Assembly (NCBI GenBank): GCA_964016885.1
Contig: OZ024758.1
Location: 36,456,001 to 36,520,000 of the forward strand
DNA length: 64,000 nucleotides
Source: Eledone cirrhosa
Taxonomy: Eukaryota
Direction of reading: 5' to 3'
Shown: piece after piece, positions 1 to 11,170 of the stretch
Numbering within the stretch: the first letter of the stretch is position 1
Layout: every line of letters begins with the position of its first letter
Made by a program: the position numbers and the translations under genes
Notes under the pieces: generated by a model
Databases searched by the model: none
The model's input: the letters and a program-made list of their open reading frames with translations, nothing else
What the model was told of the DNA's origin: nothing

Positions 1-1700
1 AGAAGTAACTCCACAGTTGGTGAGAATTCATTTAAGTTCATGGTATTAGTTGGTCAGAAGTAACTCCACTGTTGGTGAGAATTCATTTAAGTCATGGTAT
101 TAGTTGTCAGAAGGAACTCCAATGTTGGTGAGAATTCATTTAAGTCATGGTACTAGCTGTCAGAAGTAACTCCACTGTTGGTGAGAATTCAATTAAGTTC
201 ATGGTATTAGCTGTCAGAAGGAACGCCACTGTTGGTGAGAATTCATTTAAGTTCATGGTATTAGCTGTCAGAAGTAACTCCACTGTTGGTGAGAATTCAT
301 TTAAGTTCATGGTCCTAGCTGTCAGAAGTAACTCCAATGTTGGTGAGAATTCATTTAAGTTCATGGTATTAGCTGTCAGAAGTAACTCCACTGTTGGTGA
401 GAATTCATTTAAGTCATGGTATTAGCTGTCAGAAGTAACTCCACTGTTGGTGAGAATTCATTTAAGTTCATGGTATTAGCTGTCAGAAGGAACTCCACTG
501 TTGGTGAGAATTCATTTAAGTTCATGGTACTAGCTGTCAGAAGTAACTCCAATGTTGGTGAGAATTCATTTAAGTTCATGGTATTAGCTGTCAGAAGTAA
601 CTCCACTGTTGGTGAGTATTCATTTAAGTCATGGTATTAGCTGCCAGAAGTAACTCCACTGTTGGTGAGAATTCATTTAAGTTCATGGTATTAGCTGTCA
701 GAAGTAACTCCACTGTTGGTGAGAATTCATTTAAGTTCATGGTATTAGCTGTCAGAAGTAACTCCACTGTTGGTGAGAATTCATTTAAGTTCATGGTATT
801 AGCTGTCAGAAGTAACTCCACAGTTGGTGAGAATTCATTTAAGTTCATGGTATTAGTTGGTCAGAAGTAACTCCACTGTTGGTGAGAATTCATTTAAGTC
901 ATGGTATTAGTTGTCAGAAGGAACTCCAATGTTGGTGAGAATTCATTTAAGTCATGGTACTAGCTGTCAGAAGTAACTCCACTGTTGGTGAGAATTCATT
1001 TAAGTTCATGGTATTAGCTGTCAGAAGGAACGCCACTGTTGGTGAGAATTCATTTAAGTTCATGGTATTAGCTGTCAGAAGTAACTCCACTGTTGGTGAG
1101 AATTCATTTAAGTTCATGGTACTAGCTGTCAGAAGGAACTCCAATGTTGGTGAGAATTCATTTAAGTTCATGGTATTAGCTGTCAGAAGTAACTCCACTG
1201 TTGGTGAGAATTCATTTAAGTCATGGTATTAGCTGTCAGAAGTAACTCCACTGTTGGTGAGAATTCATTTAAGTTCATGGTATTAGCTGTCAGAAGGAAC
1301 TCCACTGTTGGTGAGAATTCATTTAAGTTCATGGTACTAGCTGTCAGAAGTAACTCCAATGTTGGTGAGAATTCATTTAAGTTCATGGTATTAGCTGTCA
1401 GAAGTAACTCCACTGTTGGTGAGTATTCATTTAAGTCATGGTATTAGCTGCCAGAAGTAACTCCACTGTTGGTGAGAATTCATTTAAGTTCATGGTATTA
1501 GCTGTCAGAAGTAACTCCACTGTTGGTGAGAATTCATTTAAGTTCATGGTATTAGCTGTCAGAAGTAACTCCACATTTGGTGAGAATTCATTTAAGTTCA
1601 TGGTATTAGTTGGTCAGAAGTAACTCCACTGTTGGTGAGAATTCATTTAAGTCATGGTATTAGTTGTCAGAAGGAACTCCAATGTTGGTGAGAATTCATT
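1..1700 (+). repeat. Higher-order repeat, 14-15 monomers (807 and 753 bp)
   Basis: The same variant order (TTAGTTGGTC insertion, AAGGAACGCC, GAGTATTC, GCTGCCAG) recurs. Equivalent ORF starts: 147>954 (807), 416>1223 (807), 954>1707 (753). Confidence 0.85.
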
Positions 1701-3150
1701 TAAGTCATGGTACTAGCTGTCAGAAGTAACTCCACTGTTGGTGAGAATTCATTTAAGTTCATGGTATTAGCTGTCAGAAGTAACTCCACTGTTGGTGAGA
1801 ATTCATTTAAGTTCATGGTACTAGCTGTCAGAAGTAACTCCAATGTTGGTGAGAATTCATTTAAGTTCATGGTATTAGCTGTCAGAAGGAACTCCACTGT
1901 TGGTGAGAATTCATTTAAGTTCATGGTATTAGCTGTCAGAAGTAACTCCACTGTTGGTGAGAATTCATTTAAGTTCATGGTATTAGCTGTCAGAAGTAAC
2001 TCCACAGTTGGTGAGAATTCATTTAAGTTCATGGTATTAGTTGGTCAGAAGTAACTCCACTGTTGGTGAGAATTCATTTAATCATGGTATTAGTTGTCAG
2101 AAGGAACTCCAATGTTGGTGAGAATTCATTTAAGTCATGGTACTAGCTGTCAGAAGTAACTCCACTGTTGGTGAGAATTCATTTAAGTTCATGGTATTAG
2201 CTGTCAGAAGGAACGCCACTGTTGGTGAGAATTCATTTAAGTTCATGGTATTAGCTGTCAGAAGTAACTCCACTGTTGGTGAGAATTCATTTAAGTTCAT
2301 GGTACTAGCTGTCAGAAGGAACTCCAATGTTGGTGAGAATTCATTTAAGTTCATGGTATTAGCTGTCAGAAGTAACTCCACTGTTGGTGAGAATTCATTT
2401 AAGTCATGGTATTAGCTGTCAGAAGTAACTCCACTGTTGGTGAGAATTCATTTAAGTTCATGGTATTAGCTGTCAGAAGGAACTCCACTGTTGGTGAGAA
2501 TTCATTTAAGTTCATGGTACTAGCTGTCAGAAGTAACTCCAATGTTGGTGAGAATTCATTTAAGTTCATGGTATTAGCTGTCAGAAGTAACTCCACTGTT
2601 GGTGAGTATTCATTTAAGTCATGGTATTAGCTGCCAGAAGTAACTCCACTGTTGGTGAGAATTCATTTAAGTTCATGGTATTAGCTGTCAGAAGTAACTC
2701 CACTGTTGGTGAGAATTCATTTAAGTTCATGGTATTAGCTGTCAGAAGTAACTCCACATTTGGTGAGAATTCATTTAAGTTCATGGTATTAGTTGGTCAG
2801 AAGTAACTCCACTGTTGGTGAGAATTCATTTAAGTCATGGTATTAGTTGTCAGAAGGAACTCCAATGTTGGTGAGAATTCATTTAAGTCATGGTACTAGC
2901 TGTCAGAAGTAACTCCACTGTTGGTGAGAATTCATTTAAGTTCATGGTATTAGCTGTCAGAAGTAACTCCACTGTTGGTGAGAATTCATTTAAGTTCATG
3001 GTACTAGCTGTCAGAAGTAACTCCAATGTTGGTGAGAATTCATTTAAGTTCATGGTATTAGCTGTCAGAAGGAACTCCACTGTTGGTGAGAATTCATTTA
3101 AGTTCATGGTATTAGCTGTCAGAAGTAACTCCACTGTTGGTGAGAATTCA
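860..3150 (+). repeat. Tandem duplication, 1183-bp offset (22 monomers)
   Basis: Private variant CCACATTTGG at 1571 and 2754 (offset 1183). ORFs 954/2137, 1223/2406, 1438/2621 and 1707/2890 are all offset by 1183. Boundaries approximate. Confidence 0.88.
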
Positions 3151-5289
3151 TTTAGGTCATGGTATTAGCTGTCAGAAGTAACTCCATTGTTGGTGAGAAT
3201 TCATTTAAGTTCATGGTATTAGCTGTCAGAAGTAACTCCACTGTTGGTGAGAATTCATTTAAGTTCATGGTATTAGCTGTCAGAAGTAACTCCACCGTTG
3301 GTGAGAATTCATTTAAGTTCATGGTACTAGCTGTCAGAAGTAACTCCAATGTTGGTGAGAATTCATTTAAGTTCATGGTATTAGCTGTCAGAAGTAACTC
3401 CACTGTTGGTGAGAATTCATTTAAGTTCATGGTATTAGCTGTCAGAAGTAACTCCACTGTTGGTGAGAATTCATTTAAGTCATGGTATTAGCTGTCAGAA
3501 GTAACTCCACTGTTGGTGAGAATTCATTTAAGTTCATGGTATTAACTGTCAGAAGTAACTCCACTGTTGGTGAGAATTCATTTAAGTTCATGGTACTAGC
3601 TGTCAGAAGTAACTCCAATGTTGGTGAGAATTCATTTAAGTTCATGGTATTAGCTGTCAGAAGTAACTCCACTGTTGGTGAGAATTCATTTAAGTCATGG
3701 TATTAGCTGTCAGAAGTAACTCCACTGTTGGTGAGAATTCATTTAAGTTCATGGTATTAGCTGTCAGAAGTAACTCCACTGTTGGTGAGAATTCATTTAA
3801 GTTCATGGTATTAGCTGTCAGAAGTAACTCCACTGTTGGTGAGAATTCATTTAATTTCATAGTATTAGCTGTCAGAAGTAACTCCACTGTTGGTGAGAAT
3901 TCATTTAAGTTCATGGTACTAGCTGTCAGAAGTAACTCAAATGTTGGTGAGAATTCATTTAAGTTCATGGTATTAGCTGTCAGAAGTAACTCCACTGTTG
4001 GTGAGAATTCATTTAAGTCATGGTATTAGCTGTCAGAAGTAACTCCACTGTTGGTGAGAATTCATTTAAGTTCATGGTATTAGCTGTCAGAAGGAACTCC
4101 ACTGTTGGTGAGAATTCATTTAAGTTCATGGTACTAGCTGTCAGAAGTAACTCCAATGTTGGTGAGAATTCATTTAAGTTCATGGTATTAGCTGTCAGAA
4201 GTAACTCCACTGTTGGTGAGTTTTCATTTAAGTCATGGTATTAGCTGTCAGAAGTAACTCCACTGTTGGTGAGAATTCATTTAAGTTCATGGTATTAGCT
4301 GTCAGAAGTAACTCCACTGTTGGTGAGAATTCATTTAAGTTCATGGTATTAGCTGTCAGAAGTAACTCCACTGTTGGTGAGAATTCATTTACGTTCATGG
4401 TATTAGTTTGTCAGAAGTAACTCTACTGTTGGTGAGAATTCATTTAAGTCATGGTATTAGTTGTCAGAAGTAACTCCAATGTTGGTGAGAATTCATTTAA
4501 GTTCATGGTAATAGCTGTCAGAAGTAACTCCACTGTTGGTGAGAATTCATTTAAGTCATGGTATTAGCTGTCAGAAGTAACTCCAATGTTGGTGAGAATT
4601 CATTTAAGTCATGGTACTAGCTGTCAGAAGTCACTCCACTGTTGGTGAGAATTCATTTAAGTTCATGGTACTAGCTGTCAGAAATAACCCCAATGTTGGT
4701 GAGAATTCATTTAAGTTCATGGTATTAGCTGTCAGAAGTCACTCCAATGTTGGTGAGAATTCATTTAAGTTCATGGTATTAGCTGTCAGAAGTAACTCCA
4801 CTGTTGGTAAGAATTCATTTAAGTTCATGGTATTAGCTGTCAGAAGTAACTCCACTGTTGGTGAGAATTCATTTAAGTTCATGGTATTAGCTGTCAGAAG
4901 GAACGCCACTGTTGGTGAGAATTCATTTAAGTTCATGGTATTAGCTGTCAGAAGTAACTCCACTGTTGGTGAGAATTCATTTAAGTTAATGGTACTAGCT
5001 GTCAGAAGTAACTCCAATGTTGGTGAGAATTCATTTAAGTTCATGGTATTAGCTGTCAGAAGTAACTCCACTGTTGGTGAGAATTCATTTAATTTCATGG
5101 TATTAGCTGTCAGAAGTAACTCCACTGTTGGTGAGAATTCATTTAAGTTCATGGTATTAGCTGTCAGAAGTAACTCCACAGTTGGTGAGAATTCATTTAA
5201 GTTCATGGTATTAGTTGGTCAGAAGTAACTCCACTGTTGGTGAGAATTCATTTAAGTTAATGGTACTAGCTGTCAGAAGTAACTCCAAT

Positions 5290-7330
5290 GTTGGTGAGTA
5301 TTCATTTAAGTCATGGTATTAGCTGCCAGAAGTAACTCCACTGTTGGTGAGAATTCATTTAATTTCATGGTATTAGCTGTCAGAAGTAACTCCACTGTTG
5401 GTGAGAATTCATTTAAGTTCATGGTATTAGCTGTCAGAAGTAACTCCACAGTTGGTGAGGATTCATTTAAGTTCATGGTATTAGTTGGTCAGAAGTAACT
5501 CCACTGTTGGTGAGAATTCATTTAAGTCATGGTATTAGTTGTCAGAAGGAACTCCAATGTTGGTGAGAATTCATTTAAGTCATGGTACTAGGTGTCAGAA
5601 GTAACTCCACTGTTGGTGAGAATTCATTTAAGTTCATGGTATTAGCTGTCAGAAGTAACTCCACTGTTGGTGAGAATTCATTTAAGTTCATGGTATTAGC
5701 TGTCAGAAGTAACTCCACTGTTGGTGAGAATTCATTTAAGTTCATGGTATTAGCTGTCAGAAGTAACTCCACTGTTGGTGAGAATTCATTTACGTTCATG
5801 GTATTAGTTTGTCAGAAGTAACTCCACTGTTGGTGAGAATTCATTTAAGTCATGGTATTAGTTGTCAGAAGTAACTCCAATGTTGGTGAGAATTCATTTA
5901 AGTTCATGGTAATAGCTGTCAGAAGTAACTCCACTGTTGGTGAGAATTCATTTAAGTCATGGTATTAGCTGTCAGAAGTAACTCCAATGTTGGTGAGAAT
6001 TCATTTAAGTCATGGTACTAGCTGTCAGAAGTCACTCCACTGTTGGTGAGAATTCATTTAAGTTCATGGTACTAGCTGTCAGAAGTAACCCCAATGTTGG
6101 TGAGAATTCATTTAAGTTCATGGTATTAGCTGTCAGAAGTCACTCCAATGTTGGTGAGAATTCATTTAAGTTCATGGTATTAGCTGTCAGAAGTAACTCC
6201 ACTGTTGGTAAGAATTCATTTAAGTTCATGGTATTAGCTGTCAGAAGTAACTCCACTGTTGGTGAGAATTCATTTAAGTTCATGGTATTAGCTGTCAGAA
6301 GGAACGCCACTGTTGGTGAGAATTCATTTAAGTTCATGGTATTAGCTGTCAGAAGTAACTCCACTGTTGGTGAGAATTCATTTAAGTTAATGGTACTAGC
6401 TGTCAGAAGTAACTCCACTGTTGGTGAGTATTCATTTAAGTCATGGTATTAGCTGCCAGAAGTAACTCCACTGTTGGTGAGAATTCATTTAATTTCATGG
6501 TATTAGCTGTCAGAAGTAACTCCACTGTTGGTGAGAATTCATTTAAGTTCATGGTATTAGCTGTCAGAAGTAACTCCACAGTTGGTGAGAATTGATTTAA
6601 GTTCATGGTATTAGTTGGTCAGAAGTAACTCCACTGTTGGTGAGAATTCATTTAAGTCATGGTATTAGTTGTCAGAAGGAACTCCAATGTTGGTGAGAAT
6701 TCATTTAAGTCATGGTACTAGGTGTCAGAAGTAACTCCACTGTTGGTGAGAATTCATTTAAGTTCATGGTATTAGCTGTCAGAAGTAACTCCACTGTTGG
6801 TGAGAATTCATTTAAGTTCATGGTATTAGCTGTCAGAAGTAACTCCACTGTTGGTGAGAATTCATTTAAGTTCATGGTATTAGCTGTCAGAAGTAACTCC
6901 ACTGTTGGTGAGAATTCATTTACGTTCATGGTATTAGTTTGTCAGAAGTAACTCCACTGTTGGTGAGAATTCATTTAAGTCATGGTATTAGTTGTCAGAA
7001 GTAACTCCAATGTTGGTGAGAATTCATTTAAGTTCATGGTAATAGCTGTCAGAAGTAACTCCACTGTTGGTGAGAATTCATTTAAGTCATGGTATTAGCT
7101 GTCAGAAGTAACTCCAATGTTGGTGAGAATTCATTTAAGTCATGGTACTAGCTGTCAGAAGTCACTCCACTGTTGGTGAGAATTCATTTAAGTTCATGGT
7201 ACTAGCTGTCAGAAGTAACCCCAATGTTGGTGAGAATTCATTTAAGTTCATGGTATTAGCTGTCAGAAGTCACTCCAATGTTGGTGAGAATTCATTTAAG
7301 TTCATGGTATTAGCTGTCAGAAGTAACTCC
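5290..7330 (+). repeat. Tandem duplication, 1130-bp offset (21 monomers)
   Basis: Private variant CTAGGTGTC at ~5588 and ~6718. ORFs 5582/6712 and 6012/7142 are offset by 1130. Boundaries approximate. Confidence 0.85.
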
Positions 7331-7499
7331 ACTGTTGGTGAGAATTCATTTAAGTTCATGGTATTAGCTGTCAGAAGGAACGCCACTGTTGGTGAGAATC
7401 CATTTAAGTTCATGGTATTAGCTGTCAGAAGTAACTCCACTGTTGGTGAGAATTCATTTAAGTTAATTGTACTATCTGTCAGAAGTCACTCCAATGTTG

Positions 7500-10400
7500 G
7501 TGAGAATTCATTTAAGTTCATGGTATTAGCTGTCAGAAGTAACTCCACTGTTGGTGAGAATTCATTTAAGTTCATGGTATTAGCTGTCAGAAGGAACGCC
7601 ACTGTTGGTGAGAATTCATTTAAGCTCATGGTATTAGCTGTCAGAAGTAACTCCACTGTTGGTGAGAATTCATTTAAGTTCATGGTACTAGCTGTCAGAA
7701 GTAACTCCAATGTTGGTGAGAATTCATTTAAGTTCATGGTATTAGCTGTCAGAAGGAACTCCACTGTTGCTGAGAATTCATTTAAGTTCATGGTATTAGC
7801 TGTCAGAAGTAACTCCACTGTTGGTGAGAATCCATTTAAGTTCATGGTACTAGCTGTCAGAAGTAACTCCACTGTTGGTGAGAATTCAGTTAAGTTCATG
7901 GTATTAGCTGTCAGAAGTCACTCCAGTGTTGGTGAGAATTCATTTAAGTTCATGGTATTAGCTGTCAGAAGTCACTCCGCTGTTGGTGAGAATTCATTTA
8001 AGTTCATGGTACTAGCTGTCAGAAGTAACCCCAATGTTGGTGAGAATTCATTTAAGTTCATGGTATTAGCTGTCAGAAGTAACTCCACTGTTGGTGAGAA
8101 TTCATTTAAGTCATGGTATTAGCTGTCAGAAGTAACTCCACTGTTGGTGAGAATTCATTTAAGTTCATGGTATTAGCTGTCAGAAGGAACTCCACTGTTG
8201 GTGAGAATTCATTTAAGTTCATGGTACTAGCTGTCAGAAGTAACTCCAATGTTGGTGAGAATTCATTTAAGTTCATGGTATTAGCTGTCAGAAGTAACTC
8301 CACTGTTGGTGAGTATTCATTTAAGTCATGGTATTAGCTGTCAGAAGTAACTCCACTGTTGGTGAGAATTCATTTAAGTTCATGGTATTAGTTGTCAGAA
8401 GTAACTCCACTGTTGGTGAGAATTCATTTAAGTTCATGGTATTAGCTGTCAGAAGTAACTCCACTGTTGGTGAGAATTCATTTAAGTTCATGGTATTAGT
8501 TTGTCAGAAGTAACTCCACTGTTGGTGAGAATTCATTTAAGTCATGGTATTAGTTGTCAGAAGGAACTCCAATGTTGGTGAGAATTCATTTAAGTCATGG
8601 TACTAGCTGTCAGAAGTAACTCCACTGTTGGTGAGAATTCATTTAAGTTCATGGTATTAGCTGTCAGAAGGAACGCCACTGTTGGTGAGAATTCATTTAA
8701 GTTCATGGTATTAGCTGTCAGAAGTAACTCCACTGTTGGTGAGAATTCATTTAAGTTCATGGTACTAGCTGTCAGAAGTAACTCCAATGTTGGTGAGAAT
8801 TCATTTAAGTTCATGGTATTAGCTGTCAGAAGGAACTCCACTGTTGGTGAGAATTCATTTAAGTTCATGGTATTAGCTGTCAGAAGTAACTCCACTGTTG
8901 GTGAGAATTCATTTAAGTCATGGTATTAGCTGTCAGAAGTAACTCCATTGTTGGTGAGAATTCATTTAAGTCATGGTACTAGCTGTCAGAAGTAACTCCA
9001 ATGTTGGTGAGAATTCATTTAAGTCATGGTACTAGCTGTCAGAAGTAACTCCAATGTTGGTGAGAATTCATTTAAGTTCATGTTATTAGCTGTCAGAAGG
9101 AACTCCACTGTTGGTGAGAATTCATTTAAGTTCATGGTATTAGCTGTCAGAAGTAACTCTACTGTTGGTGAGAATTCATTTAAGTTCATGGTATTAGCTG
9201 TCAGAAGTAACTCCACCGTTGGTGAGAATTCATTTAAGTTCATGGTACTAGCTGTCAGAAGTAACTCCAATGTTGGTGAGAATTCATTTAAGTTTATGGT
9301 ATTAGCTGTCAGAAGTAACTCCACTGTTGGTGAGAATTCATTTAAGTCATGGTATTAGCTGTCAGAAGTAACTCCATTGTTGGTGAGAATTCATTTAAGT
9401 CATGGTACTAGCTGTCCGAAGTAACTCCAATGTTGGTGAGAATTCATTTAAGTCATGGTACTAGCTGTCAGAAGTAACTCCAATGTTGGTGAGAATTCAT
9501 TTAAGTTCATCTTATTAGCTGTCAGAAGGAACTCCACTGTTGGTGAGAATTCATTTAAGTTCATGGTATTAGCTGTCAGAAGTAACTCCACTGTTGGTGA
9601 GAATTCATTTAAGTTCATGGTATTAGCTGTCAGAAGTAACTCCACCGTTGGTGAGAATTCATTTAAGTTCATGGTACTAGCTGTCAGAAGTAACCCCAAT
9701 GTTGGTGAGAATTCATTTAAGTTCATGGTATTAGCTGTCAGAAGTCACTCCAATGTTGGTGAGAATTCATTTAAGTTCATGGTATTAGCTGTCAGAAGTA
9801 ACTCCACTGTTGGTGAGAATTCATTTAAGTTCATGGTATTAGCTGTCAGAAGTAACTCCACTGTTGGTAAGAATTCATTTAAGTTCATGGTATTAGCTGT
9901 CAGAAGTAACTCCACTGTTGGTGAGAATTCATTTAAGTTCATGGTATTAGCTGTCAGAAGGAACGCCACTGTTGGTGAGAATTCATTTAAGCTCATGGTA
10001 TTAGCTGTCAGAAGTAACTCCACTGTTGGTGAGAATTCATTTAAGTTCATGGTACTAGCTGTCAGAAGTAACTCCAATGTTGGTGAGAATTCATTTAAGT
10101 TCATGGTATTAGCTGTCAGAAGGAACTCCACTGTTGCTGAGAATTCATTTAAGTTCATGGTATTAGCTGTCAGAAGTAACTCCACTGTTGGTGAGAATTC
10201 ATTTAAGTTCATGGTACTAGCTGTCAGAAGTAACTCCACTGTTGGTGAGAATTCATTTAAGTTCATGGTATTAGCTGTCAGAAGTCACTCCAGTGTTGGT
10301 GAGAATTCATTTAAGTTCATGGTATTAGCTGTCAGAAGTCACTCCACTGTTGGTGAGAATTCATTTAAGTTCATGGTACTAGCTGTCAGAAGTAACCCCA

Positions 10401-11170
10401 ATGTTGGTGAGAATTCATTTAAGTTCATGGTATTAGCTGTCAGAAGTAACTCCACTGTTGGTGAGAATTCATTTAAGTCATGGTATTAGCTGTCAGAAGT
10501 ATTTCCACTGTTGGTGAGAATTCATTTAAGTTAATGGTATTAGCTGTCAGAAGGAACTCCACTGTTGGTGAGAATTCATTTAAGTTCATGGTACTAGCTG
10601 TCAGAAGTAACTCCAATGTTGGTGAGAATTCATTTAAGTTCATGGTATTAGCTGTCAGAAGTAACTCCACTGTTGGTGAGTATTCATTTAAGTCATGGTA
10701 TTAGCTGTCAGAAGTAACTCCACTGTTGGTGAGAATTCATTTAAGTTCATGGTATTAGTTGTCAGAAGTAACTCCACTGTTGGTGAGAATTCATTTAAGT
10801 TCATGGTATTAGCTGTCAGAAGTAACTCCACTGTTGGTGAGAATTCATTTAAGTTCATGGTATTAGTTTGTCAGAAGTAACTCCACTGTTGGTGAGAATT
10901 CATTTAAGTCATGGTATTAGTTGTCAGAAGGAACTCCAATGTTGGTGAGAATTCATTTAAGTCATGGTACTAGCTGTCAGAAGTAACTCCACTGTTGGTG
11001 AGAATTCATTTAAGTTCATGGTATTAGCTGTCAGAAGGAACGCCACTGTTGGTGAGAATTCATTTAAGTTCATGGTATTAGCTGTCAGAAGTAACTCCAC
11101 TGTTGGTGAGAATTCATTTAAGTTCATGGTACTAGCTGTCAGAAGTAACTCCAATGTTGGTGAGAATTCA
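7500..11170 (+). repeat. Block duplication, 2367-bp offset (44 monomers)
   Basis: ORFs 8113/10480, 8328/10695 and 8597/10964 are offset by 2367. The run AAGCTC..GTTGCTGAG..CACTCCAGT..AACCCCAAT is shared at ~7620-8040 and ~9990-10400. The copies differ by several SNPs. Confidence 0.75.

Noticed and set aside
9455-10489. Longest ORF (344 aa), with two N-glycosylation sequons per repeat (NST, NSF), as a mucin-like or surface protein
   Set aside because: It is simply an indel-free run of 19 monomers. It has no signal peptide, anchor or unique domain and is indistinguishable from the surrounding array.
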